Below, piece by piece: positions 1 to 8,807 of a DNA stretch of 64,000 nucleotides. The DNA comes from Sedimentisphaerales bacterium. Its GTDB lineage: Bacteria > Planctomycetota > Phycisphaerae > Sedimentisphaerales > SM23-30. The stretch lies in NCBI GenBank assembly GCA_963663805.2, contig CAXXMR010000027.1, positions 79,095 to 143,094 of the forward strand, written 5' to 3'. The translations under genes were made by a program, and so were the position numbers. The first letter of the stretch is position 1; the number at the start of each line of letters is the position of its first letter. The notes under the pieces are model-generated. The model was not told the origin of the DNA and made no database searches. It saw only the letters and a list, made by a program, of their open reading frames with translations.

Positions 1-660
1 GCCGGCGAAGTCTGGGGCTTTACGGTTGCTTCTTATGTTCTGGTCGATAATTTTGAGGATTATGCTGATACCACAGCTCTATTGGGTGAATGGTCGGAAA
101 ACGGCCAGGCGTGGCTGGCTTTGGCAACCGATTCGGCGCTAGTGCTAGGCGAAAAATCTATGGAACTGCACTACGGCAATTCGAGCAGTCCCTATTATTC
201 CGCGGCGACTCGAAATTTCGACCCGGCTCAGGACTGGACTATCTCCGAAGTTGAGGCGATGGATGTCTGGTTCAAAGGGCAAAACGCTAATTCCGCCGCT
301 CCCGTTTATGTGGAAATTTCTGACGGAGTAAATACGGCCCGTCAATATCTGCTGGGGGATGATGAAATGACAGACCCAAATGCCACAAGAGATGAAGCCT
401 GGTACCACTGGCGAATCGATCTTGATAGGTTTACAAATGTGAGTTTGACAGCGGTTACCGAATTAACTTTCGGAGTTGGTGACGGAATTAACCCCGCTCA
501 GGCCACTACGGGTGACATTTATATCGAAGATTTCCGGCTTTATCCTACCCGTTGTCTGATGGGTAATCCAGACTATGATTTCAATGGCGACTGCACTGTC
601 GGTCTGGAAGATTTCGCTATCTTTGCGACGGGATGGCTCGAAACCGGTTTGTGGCCTTAA
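1..660 (+). CDS. C-terminal part of a large secreted protein (carbohydrate-binding-like domain plus dockerin-like tail); 5' truncated by the window
   Basis: Frame 1 is open from base 1 (AGEVWGFTVASYVLVDNFEDY...); ends DFNGDCTVGLEDFAIFATGWL, an EF-hand/dockerin-like motif. Confidence 0.75.
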   Translation, partial: AGEVWGFTVASYVLVDNFEDYADTTALLGEWSENGQAWLALATDSALVLGEKSMELHYGNSSSPYYSAATRNFDPAQDWTISEVEAMDVWFKGQNANSAAPVYVEISDGVNTARQYLLGDDEMTDPNATRDEAWYHWRIDLDRFTNVSLTAVTELTFGVGDGINPAQATTGDIYIEDFRLYPTRCLMGNPDYDFNGDCTVGLEDFAIFATGWLETGLWP

Positions 661-714
661 AATAAATTGTGTGTAGTAAATGGTGTTCTTTTTGATTCTG
701 TTAAGGAGGAAAGT

Positions 715-1518
715 ATGTGTAAGTTAAGAATGACAGTTTTGGTTTTCGCTGGTTCATTAATGTTGATTGTTCCATTAACCGCGGCGATTACCGCACCAGA
801 CGCTGGCGGAAAACTGGTTATCGGTTATGACGGCACCGATGTAACCGTCAGTGCCGGGACGACACTGGTGGAATCGTGGAATGACCAGGTCGCTTTACGC
901 AGTGTTGATAACGCGGTATCAGCCGGAGACCGTCGACCGGAGCTTGTCCAGATGGATACCGGTAATGGGCTGCATAATGTTATTGATTTCTCCGGTACCA
1001 ATTACCTCAAAACCGCTGATTTTGCCGAAGGCGATATGGCTCAGACCAACACCATCTTTGTAGTCGCTCAGTGGGATTCACTCAGCTCGGATTATTTGTT
1101 TGACGGTATCAGTTCTTCGGAACGTCATGCCCTCTATACTCGTTCGGATAATTCCTACGGTATGTTCGCTGGTGCTCAAATCATTAACGGTAATGTGCCA
1201 GCAGTGACGGGGCAATTCCAGGTTTTTGCCGCCAGCTTTAACGGCAGCAGCGGATGGTTTCGCGTTGATGGAACCACAATTTTAAGCGGAAATATTGGTA
1301 GTCATGTGCTGGGGGGACTGTCAATTGGCTCAAATTATGGAGCCAGCGGAATGATGGACGGAAAAGTCGCAGAAGTGCTCGTTTATGACGGCGGACTAAA
1401 TACTGCTCAATTGCTCAGTGTTGAAGAATATCTTGCTAATAAATATCTGGTGCCCGAACCGACAACCATGATTCTTTTGGCTATAGGCGGCCTGGGTATT
1501 TTAAGACGTAAAAGATAG
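715..1518 (+). CDS. PEP-CTERM protein with LamG/concanavalin-like domain
   Basis: RBS AAGGAGG before ATG 715; signal peptide; C-terminus VPEPTTMILLAIGGLGILRRKR. Confidence 0.85.
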   Translation: MCKLRMTVLVFAGSLMLIVPLTAAITAPDAGGKLVIGYDGTDVTVSAGTTLVESWNDQVALRSVDNAVSAGDRRPELVQMDTGNGLHNVIDFSGTNYLKTADFAEGDMAQTNTIFVVAQWDSLSSDYLFDGISSSERHALYTRSDNSYGMFAGAQIINGNVPAVTGQFQVFAASFNGSSGWFRVDGTTILSGNIGSHVLGGLSIGSNYGASGMMDGKVAEVLVYDGGLNTAQLLSVEEYLANKYLVPEPTTMILLAIGGLGILRRKR

Positions 1519-1526
1519 TAATTACT

Positions 1527-1564
1527 GCGCCTTCGGGGTTTTGATGGTAAAGCCCCGAAGGTGC
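1527..1564 (+). other. Intergenic stem-loop (RNA stability element or terminator)
   Basis: gcgccttcggggtttt-gatggt-aaagccccgaaggtgc; 16-bp stem with G-U pairs, no U tract. Confidence 0.55.
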
Positions 1565-1588
1565 TAATAATGAATTAGGAATAAACTT

Positions 1589-2371
1589 ATGGCCTACAAA
1601 CGTGGTTTTACGCTGGTTGAACTTTTAGTGGTAATAGCTATTATAGCTCTGCTTGTTTCAATTCTTTTGCCGGCTATTGGCTCAGCGCGAGAACAAGCCT
1701 ATACAGTTCTCTGTCTGTCGAATCTGCGGCAGTGGGGGCTGGTGGTTTCCATGTTTACTGGTGACAATAACGATTTTTTCAATGAAACTCGTCTGGGCCA
1801 TGCCAAGGAAACCTGGATATGGACTATGCGGGATTACTACATGGACCAGGATGATATTCGATTCTGCCCCAAGGCCCAGATGCCATTGACACAGGGAGGC
1901 CCTATCGAAAAACTTGCCTGGGGGCCCTATGATATCGACAACAACTCTGCCACGCCAGGAGATAGCGGTAGTTATGGCCTTAATGCCTGGAGCTATGATT
2001 TGCCCCAGGATCAATCAAATGCCTGGTATCCAGCCGAAAATTACTGGCGAACAATTAATGTCGCTAATACCGAAAATATACCACTATTTGCCGACTGCTG
2101 GTGGCGGGAAGGGAATCCTCGTATGGGTAGCCCTGCCCCTACCAAACAATGGCAGATGGAGGTTGCCCAGAATTATACCTTGGGTTTTGGGTATGAATGG
2201 GAAATGGCCCGTTTTTGTTTGGACCGCCATCGTGGAACGACATGTATGGTTTTTTATGACCTTACCGCGCGACAGATAGACCTCAAAAGACTTTGGGAAC
2301 TTAAATGGCATCGAAATTATGATACAACGGTAGCCCCTTCGGGCGGATGGCCCCAATGGATGGATAACTGA
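1589..2371 (+). CDS. Prepilin-type N-terminal cleavage/methylation protein (DUF1559-like)
   Basis: [26 protein letters not shown]...CLSNLRQ; C-terminal [13 protein letters not shown], a variant of H-X9-DG. Confidence 0.85.
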   Translation: MAYKRGFTLVELLVVIAIIALLVSILLPAIGSAREQAYTVLCLSNLRQWGLVVSMFTGDNNDFFNETRLGHAKETWIWTMRDYYMDQDDIRFCPKAQMPLTQGGPIEKLAWGPYDIDNNSATPGDSGSYGLNAWSYDLPQDQSNAWYPAENYWRTINVANTENIPLFADCWWREGNPRMGSPAPTKQWQMEVAQNYTLGFGYEWEMARFCLDRHRGTTCMVFYDLTARQIDLKRLWELKWHRNYDTTVAPSGGWPQWMDN

Positions 2372-2438
2372 TATCCTTCTTTCACGCCCAGCATCAAAAT
2401 CATTCCGATTCACTCTCAAATCGTTTTTTTATGAAATG

Positions 2439-2500
2439 TGTACTATATCACCTTCCTTGAACGATTATTCTCGAAAAAGTACTATATAGTATAGTTTGTA
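2439..2500. repeat. 62-bp intergenic element, copy 1 (copy 2 at 7994-8056)
   Basis: About 53/62 identical to 7994-8056 by eye; contains palindrome TACTATATAGTA. Confidence 0.8.
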
Positions 2501-2627
2501 GTCTCAAAAAATCGAAAAAAACGTCTTTTTTTCTCCAAAAACTCAAAAAAAGCCCCCAAAAAAGTCAAAAAATCCTTAACCAGACACCATAATCCAAACT
2601 TATACCGAAAAACTACCAGAAGTGCGC

Positions 2628-2729
2628 AAAAAAAAGCACCCGGAAAAGACTTTCGTGCCTGACTCCCTCTCCCAGCCTCTCTCTCTCTAGAACCGGGCAG
2701 CACGCTTAGCATCTCTCTCCCAAGTGCTG
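2628..2729 (-). ncRNA. Candidate ~100-nt sRNA with repeated GAGAG/GGAGAG motifs
   Basis: Upstream TTGACA-17-TATATT on the minus strand; ends in hairpin gcacgaaag...gggtgc plus U8; no credible ORF. Confidence 0.55.
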
Positions 2730-2734
2730 TAGTA

Positions 2735-2763
2735 AATATAGCCCAGGCCTTACTGCTTGTCAA
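2735..2763 (-). promoter_or_regulatory. sigma70-type promoter for the candidate sRNA
   Basis: TTGACA (2763-2758), 17-bp spacer, TATATT (2740-2735). Confidence 0.65.
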
Positions 2764-2871
2764 ATGAATTTTTACGTTTTGGACAATTATCTGGACCTTA
2801 ACGCTCCCCAGCTTTATCATATTTATGCACCAGGATGGACCTGCGTGTAACATTAAACTGGAACCATAGTT

Positions 2872-3372
2872 ATGACGCCCAATAAATTTGTCAGAGCCGT
2901 TTTTCCCGGCTCTTTTGACCCGATAACCAACGGCCATATTGACGTTATTCAGCGGGGACGCAAAATTTTTGATGAATTAATTATCGCTGTCGGCGACCAT
3001 CCCACCAAAAATCCGTTGTTCACCGGCACCGAGCGAGTCGAGATGATTGGCGAGCTTATCACCGACTGGCCCGATGTATCTGTCGAAAGATTTACCTGCC
3101 TAACTGTTGACTACGTAAAGAGTAAGAACGCCGACGTTATCCTCCGCGGCCTGCGAAATCTCACCGATGTTCAATATGAATTCGAGCTGGCCCTGACCAA
3201 CCGGGCCGTCGCCGGCATCGAAACCGTATTCATTATGACCGGCGAAAAGCACGGATTCACCACCTCAACTCTCATCAGAGAGATCGGCAGGTACGGCGGA
3301 GATGTCTCAACTTTAATTCCCACACCGGTTTACGAGCGGCTCACCAAAAAACTCCAGGCCGGGAACAAATAA
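2872..3372 (+). CDS. coaD: Pantetheine-phosphate adenylyltransferase
   Basis: FPGSFDPITNGHIDVI and ILRGLR motifs. Confidence 0.95.
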   Translation: MTPNKFVRAVFPGSFDPITNGHIDVIQRGRKIFDELIIAVGDHPTKNPLFTGTERVEMIGELITDWPDVSVERFTCLTVDYVKSKNADVILRGLRNLTDVQYEFELALTNRAVAGIETVFIMTGEKHGFTTSTLIREIGRYGGDVSTLIPTPVYERLTKKLQAGNK

Positions 3373-3374
3373 AA

Positions 3375-3746
3375 ATGTTCTCCGTTACCGTAGAAACCAG
3401 TTTCCGGGCATCACACAGCTTGACCATGCCCGACGGCATAGAAGAGCCAACACACGAACATAATTGGAAAGTCCAGGCCACCGTCCAGACCGAAAAACTC
3501 GACCGGCACATGCTCGTTATGGACTTCCACCTGCTGGAAAACCTTCTAAATAAAGCAGTTACACCATTAACAAAAGTCGGCTCCATCAATAACGACCCCA
3601 GTTTCATAAACCACAACCCCTCAGCAGAAGCTATCGCCGATTATATCCGCCGCCAAATTCAGAACACCCTACCCGAAAATGTTGAGCTGACCCAGGTAAC
3701 CGTCTGGGAAACCACCACTTGCAGCGCTTCATGGCACAAGAGCTAA
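3375..3746 (+). CDS. queD: 6-carboxytetrahydropterin synthase / PTPS family
   Basis: FRASH, HEHNW, VMDF, NPSAEAIA and VWET motifs. Confidence 0.8.
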   Translation: MFSVTVETSFRASHSLTMPDGIEEPTHEHNWKVQATVQTEKLDRHMLVMDFHLLENLLNKAVTPLTKVGSINNDPSFINHNPSAEAIADYIRRQIQNTLPENVELTQVTVWETTTCSASWHKS

Positions 3747-3803
3747 TCCCCATTTTACTGCTTTTTTTATACCAGCCTTTATTCGGCAAGTAACCACAAG
3801 CTA

Positions 3804-3832
3804 TTGACGATATACGATTATGAGCCTATGAT
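3804..3832 (+). promoter_or_regulatory. sigma70-type promoter of mcsA-mcsB
   Basis: TTGACG-17-TATGAT. Confidence 0.6.
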
Positions 3833-3903
3833 ATTGTTAGGAAAGCGTTTTACATTTGCCGGAAAATGAAACACAACCTGAATTTTAACAGGGATTTATA
3901 TAA

Positions 3904-4389
3904 ATGCGGTGCCAGCTTTGTGATAACCCAGCCACGGTCCACCTTACCGAAATAATCAATGGCGAAAAGACCGAGCGGCACCTGTGCCAGCAGTGTGCCG
4001 AGATCGAAGGCATCGCTATTAAATCCCCGGAAATCCCTATCACCGAACTACTTAACGACCTTGTGGCTGCCAAGGAACGCACTGAGGAGTTGGTTGACCT
4101 TAAATGTCCCAGTTGCGGGCTGAGCTGGATAGAATTCAGAAAAAGGGGACTGCTCGGCTGCCCTGACGATTACGAAGCCTTCGCTGAACCGCTGGGCCAG
4201 TTAATCTGCCAGACTCAGAATGGCGCAACTTCCCACCGGGGCAGGATACCGCGAAAATCAGCCTCTGACAGCTCTAATCAGGTTAATATCATCAACTTAC
4301 GCCGACAGCTGCAGCAGGCCATCGAAACCGAAGACTACGAAACTGCCGCCCATATCCGCGACGAACTGCGCAAAGCCGCGACGGAATAA
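3904..4389 (+). CDS. mcsA: Protein arginine kinase activator (CxxC motifs plus UvrB/C motif)
   Basis: CQLC, HLCQQCA, CPSCG, GLLGCPDDY, EDYETAAHIRDEL. Confidence 0.9.
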   Translation: MRCQLCDNPATVHLTEIINGEKTERHLCQQCAEIEGIAIKSPEIPITELLNDLVAAKERTEELVDLKCPSCGLSWIEFRKRGLLGCPDDYEAFAEPLGQLICQTQNGATSHRGRIPRKSASDSSNQVNIINLRRQLQQAIETEDYETAAHIRDELRKAATE

Positions 4390-4395
4390 AACCAC

Positions 4396-5446
4396 ATGGA
4401 AATTTCCGACCTCAGCCAAAGTTTAGGTGCCCTGGCTTACTGATACCGGTCCAATGAACGATGTTGTACTGTCATCAAGGATCCGGTTGGCTCGTAATAT
4501 TCGCGGTTTTCTCTTCTTCGCTCAATCTGACCCGGAGGAGCAAGCGGAACTGCTTTCGTTTGTTTATGAGAAACTTCGCAAAACCGAGCTGGCTCAAAGC
4601 CTTTTCTTTTTCAACATGGACGACCTGTCGCCGATGGAAAGGCAAATGCTACTGGAACGTCATTTGATTTCCAGACAACTGGCGCGTGGTGACGGTGTTC
4701 GCGGGGTGGCGCTTGCGCCGGATGAGTCGCTGGCATTGATGATAAACGAAGAGGACCATCTCCCGCATCCAAAGCCTGAGCAGCGGTTTACAGTTACATG
4801 AGGCCTATGAGCGTATTAACCGGGTCGATGATATTCTGGAAGAAGCGTTGGAATATGCTTTCTTCCAGTAAATACGGGTATCTTACGGCCTGTCCGACCA
4901 ATGTGGGGACGGGCATTCGCGTGTCGGTTATGCTGCATCTGCCGGCATTGAAGATGGCTAATCAGATTGAGAAGGTTTTTCAGGCGGCTCGCGATATGAA
5001 GCTGGCGATTCGGGGTCTTTAACGGCGAAGGCTCGGAACCGGTGGGTGATTTTTATCAGATTTCCAATCAGATTACCCTGGGCAAATCGGAACATGAGAT
5101 AATTGAGGAACTGGCACGGGAAGCGGTCGAACCCATTGTCAAATACGAACGGGCGGCACGTAAAAAGCTCTGTAGTAAGCGGACCTCGGCACTGGACGAC
5201 AAAATATTCCGGGCGCTGGGTGTTTTGACCAATACGCGAATGATAAGCACGGAAGAAACGATGTATATGCTAAGCTATCTGCGGCTGGGGGCACATCTCA
5301 ATCATATAAAAACGCCGCTGGAGACCATCAACCGGCTGTTCCTGCAAACCAAGCCGGGACATCTGCAATATATCTGCCAGTCAGAGCTGGAAACCGAGCA
5401 AAGAGACACCGCCCGGGCGGATTTCATTCGAGCGGCCTTGCAATAG
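4396..5446 (+). CDS. mcsB: Protein arginine kinase; four apparent +1 frameshifts (probable sequencing errors)
   Basis: SSRIRLARN, INEEDHL, GYLTACPTNVGTG and YQISNQITLG spread over several frames; extra bases near 4431, 4763, 4863 and 5021. Confidence 0.85.
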
Positions 5447-5447
5447 C

Positions 5448-5651
5448 ATTTTTTGGTATTGTCCCAAAAGCTGGGCAAGCAAAATGCGTTTAGCGTTTAT
5501 GGGCTGCCGGCAGGCCAACCGAGAAGGCCCCAGAGTTACCCAGGGCCTCCTGCCGTATAGCCGGAAACACGGCGCCCGAGTCGCCCGCCTGCGTTGGGCT
5601 ATCCTCCGTGATTCCAAGGGGATAGTAACCTTTGGGACGATAACAGAAAAT
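5448..5651. other. 204-bp element bounded by 23-bp imperfect inverted repeats (MITE or structured RNA)
   Basis: 5448-5470 vs reverse complement of 5629-5651: 19/23 identical; several internal GC-rich stems. Confidence 0.55.
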
Positions 5652-5674
5652 TTAAAATCTGCTGCTGCACATAA

Positions 5675-7834
5675 TCAATCTACAGGCACAAGCTCCATTG
5701 TTCTGCCCGCCACATTAACGTCAACCAGCTTAACCTTGATTTCCTGACCAATATGATAAGGACAGTTTTCCGCAAATCCGCCTGCCGCCTTCGCCGGAGA
5801 TTTCTGCCGCCGCCCCCGATGCTTGACCTTGGACTTGCTCTGCTTCTGCAAGCGAATATCCTCTGCCCGAATAAGTCCTTCTTCCAGAAACTTCTCCAGT
5901 TGCACAAACATCCCAAAACCCGTAACCCCGGTAACGATCCCCAACATCTCCTGGCCCACCCGCTTTTTGAGCATCTGCAAAATTTTAACTTTACGCAGTT
6001 CCCGCTCAGCGTCTTCGGCATTGCGCTCCCGCCCACTGCAATGAGTACCCAGCTCTTCCAACTGCCCATAATCCGGAAAATCCTTCGCGGTATTTTTCGT
6101 CAGCCGCCCTTCCAGATACGCCTGAATAAGCCGATGCACCTGCAAATCTGGATACCGCCGAATCGGACTGGTAAAATGACAGTAATGACGACTAGCCAAA
6201 GCAAAATGCCCCATCGGGGCCGGCGAATATTCCGCCCGCTGCATACTCTTGAGAATCGCCAGATTTATCACAAACGATTCCGGCTTGCCCGCCGCCGCGT
6301 TGAGCAGCTGCTGAATCCCCTTTCGGTCGATATTCTGCGGAATAACATAACCACAAAGTTTCACGATTCGCCCCGCCTCGCCCATCGCCAGCGAATCAGG
6401 CTCAGCGTGAATCCTCCGCAAAAACGGAACCTGCAAACCGTCCAGCAGCCGCCCGGCTGCCTCGTTCGCTTCCAGCATAAACATCTCGATTAGAGTATGC
6501 GAAAAAGTATTACTCTCAGGCCGGGCATCTACCACATGCCCTTTATCATCATAAATCAACTCAGCTTTGGGTATCTCCAAAGTCAGCATACCGTCATCAA
6601 GCCGCCGTTTCTGAATTATCCGCGCCAGCTCACCCATCTGCTTAATCATGCTGACAACTTTACCGCTGAACCCTTTGGTCTTACCCTCCAGAATCAAATC
6701 CGCTTCTTCATAAGTCAGCCGCTTCGTCGAACGTATCAGACTGTTAGCGAACCGACTGCCCAGCACCTCACCAGCCTTGCCCAGCGTAACATAAGCCGTC
6801 TTCACAAACCGGTCCTTACCCTCCTGAAGCGAACAAATGCCGTTACTCAGCAGTTCCGGCAGCATTGGAATAACATGACCCGGCAGATAAACACTCGTAG
6901 CTCTATCCTTAGCCTCATCACCCAGATGAGTCCCTTCTTCCACAAAATTACTCACGTCAGCAATATGAACCCCCAGCACCCACGTACCGTCCTTGTTCTT
7001 TTCGATACTGATAGCGTCGTCAAAATCACGAGCGTCATGCGGGTCGATAGTTATAATCATCGTATCGCGAATATCCTCGCGACCATCAAGCTTTTTAACC
7101 TGCCCATCAAAACCATCCACCACCCGCCGGGTATCTGCCAAAGCCGAGCGGCTGAATTTCTCCGAAAGATTAAACCGGCTCACAATAGCCTTTAGTTCAA
7201 CCGAAGAAACACCACTCCGCCCAAACTTCTCGACCACCACTCCCGTACCGAACAATTCCGGCGTAGGATAGGTCAGAATCTCGACCTGAACCTTATCGCC
7301 CGCCTTGACATTTTTCGCTGAGGGGTCATCAATAGCGATTCGCTCGGTAACCGCTCGTCCGTCCGGCTGAACAAACCACTGCTGACCATCCCGAAAAGCA
7401 TTGCCGACCACGTGAGTCTGAGCCCGGCTGAGCACCTCCACAATCTGGCCGTAAAGCCGCCGTTCGCCTCCCTTTCGCCCGCGCTCTGAAACCCTTGCTA
7501 CTACTTTATCACCGCTGATAGCGTCCAGCATGGCTTCGGGCGGAATAAAAAGATCCCCCTGAGCGGTAGGATTCTCAGGTCGAACAAAACCAAAACCCCG
7601 ACTAGTCACCGATAGCGTACCGGTCACCCGCTTACTCATCTGCGGCAGCGTAAGTGCACTGCCGGCCCCAATTAATATCCGTCCGTCAGCGATAAGCTGT
7701 TTGATAGCCTGGGCAAACTGCTCATATTCGTTATCCGAAACTTTCAGAGCACGCGCAAAAGCTTGCTGCTTTAGGGGAGCGTAGTCATTTTTACTCAAAA
7801 GCCGCATTATTCGATTTGTAAATCTATCTGGCAT
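5675..7834 (-). CDS. rnr: Ribonuclease R
   Basis: GFGFV cold-shock domain, TIDPHDARDFDDA, HFTSPIRRYPDL, C-terminal S1 domain. Confidence 0.95.
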   Translation of the reverse strand: MPDRFTNRIMRLLSKNDYAPLKQQAFARALKVSDNEYEQFAQAIKQLIADGRILIGAGSALTLPQMSKRVTGTLSVTSRGFGFVRPENPTAQGDLFIPPEAMLDAISGDKVVARVSERGRKGGERRLYGQIVEVLSRAQTHVVGNAFRDGQQWFVQPDGRAVTERIAIDDPSAKNVKAGDKVQVEILTYPTPELFGTGVVVEKFGRSGVSSVELKAIVSRFNLSEKFSRSALADTRRVVDGFDGQVKKLDGREDIRDTMIITIDPHDARDFDDAISIEKNKDGTWVLGVHIADVSNFVEEGTHLGDEAKDRATSVYLPGHVIPMLPELLSNGICSLQEGKDRFVKTAYVTLGKAGEVLGSRFANSLIRSTKRLTYEEADLILEGKTKGFSGKVVSMIKQMGELARIIQKRRLDDGMLTLEIPKAELIYDDKGHVVDARPESNTFSHTLIEMFMLEANEAAGRLLDGLQVPFLRRIHAEPDSLAMGEAGRIVKLCGYVIPQNIDRKGIQQLLNAAAGKPESFVINLAILKSMQRAEYSPAPMGHFALASRHYCHFTSPIRRYPDLQVHRLIQAYLEGRLTKNTAKDFPDYGQLEELGTHCSGRERNAEDAERELRKVKILQMLKKRVGQEMLGIVTGVTGFGMFVQLEKFLEEGLIRAEDIRLQKQSKSKVKHRGRRQKSPAKAAGGFAENCPYHIGQEIKVKLVDVNVAGRTMELVPVD

Positions 7835-7993
7835 AGCCGGTCATGATAACACAAGCAGTCAACAGGTACATCACTAAACCCCAAAAAAACGTCGTAAGTC
7901 TGGATTTTTTCGTATTTTTCGGCGTTTTTTTTGGGGGAAAAACGTGTTTTTTGGATTTTTTTGCGTTTTTTTGGATTTTTGGGAGAGTGGAAC

Positions 7994-8056
7994 TGTACTA
8001 TATAACCTTTTTTGGGTGATTTTTCTTGAAAAAGTACGATATAGTATAGTTTTGTA
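7994..8056. repeat. 62-bp intergenic element, copy 2
   Basis: Direct repeat of 2439-2500; preceded by phased T-tracts at 7900-7985. Confidence 0.8.
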
Positions 8057-8116
8057 AAATTTTGGACTTACGGCATTTTTTTCTTGATCTAACCCAACCG
8101 ATGTTTTATACATATG

Positions 8117-8136
8117 ATTAAAACAAATGTTTGAAT
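8117..8136. promoter_or_regulatory. Putative TetR operator
   Basis: Near-palindrome ATTAAAACA-AA-TGTTTGAAT just upstream of tetR, downstream of a possible TTGATC-17-TATACA promoter. Confidence 0.6.
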
Positions 8137-8150
8137 TGTGAGTATTAAAT

Positions 8151-8807
8151 TTGGAAAATCATCATTGCCAACATAACGGCCCCTGCGAGAGACTCAAGCA
8201 AGCGGCGGAAAGACTTTTCTCCGAAAAGGGCTTCGACGCCACGACCACCCGGCAGATAACTCAGGCCGCCGGCTGCAACGTCGCCGCCGTAAACTATCAT
8301 TTCGGCAGCAAGGAAAAGCTCTACCTGGAAATCTTCAAAGACCGACTTTCGGCCATGCGTAAAGCCCGCCTTGAAGCAATTTCGCTGGTTATGAACAGCT
8401 CTGAGCCCGCCCTCGAAAAACTCCTTAGCACCTTTGCCCATACGTTTTTAGAACCATTAATCCACCCTGAGACAGGTCGCGGGATACTGACTCTTATTCA
8501 TCGGGAGATGCTCGACCAGCGTTTGCCCAAAGACCTTTTCTTCTGTGAAATGATTGGCCCCATGACTGAGGCTCTGGCCCAGTCTTTCATTTGCCTCTGC
8601 CCGTCGTTGACTACCGAGCAGTCAATGTGTTGTGTAACATCATATTTATCTCAGCTCCTGCACTTCGCCCATGTCAGACAGATGAACAACACTGAAAATA
8701 CCCCTCACTTCTTTCGCTCCGAAATTGACCATTACCTGAACCATATCACCAGATTTGTCGCCGCCGGCATCCGCAGCTATCAGGAAAGGCCCGCTGAAAA
8801 TGGCTAA
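8151..8807 (+). CDS. TetR/AcrR family regulator (CecR/YbiH-like)
   Basis: AAERLFSEKGFDATTTRQITQAAGCNVAAVNYHFGSKEKLY helix-turn-helix. Confidence 0.9.
   Translation: MENHHCQHNGPCERLKQAAERLFSEKGFDATTTRQITQAAGCNVAAVNYHFGSKEKLYLEIFKDRLSAMRKARLEAISLVMNSSEPALEKLLSTFAHTFLEPLIHPETGRGILTLIHREMLDQRLPKDLFFCEMIGPMTEALAQSFICLCPSLTTEQSMCCVTSYLSQLLHFAHVRQMNNTENTPHFFRSEIDHYLNHITRFVAAGIRSYQERPAENG

Noticed and set aside
2482..2937. ORFs over A/T-tract regions (also 7874-8113, 31783-32073, 35424-35763)
   Set aside because: Low-complexity Phe/Lys-rich or featureless translations of non-coding DNA
5448..5651. RNase P, tmRNA or SRP RNA
   Set aside because: Lacks GAGGAAAGUCC, tRNA-like ends and the SRP helix 8 motif; kept only as an unknown element
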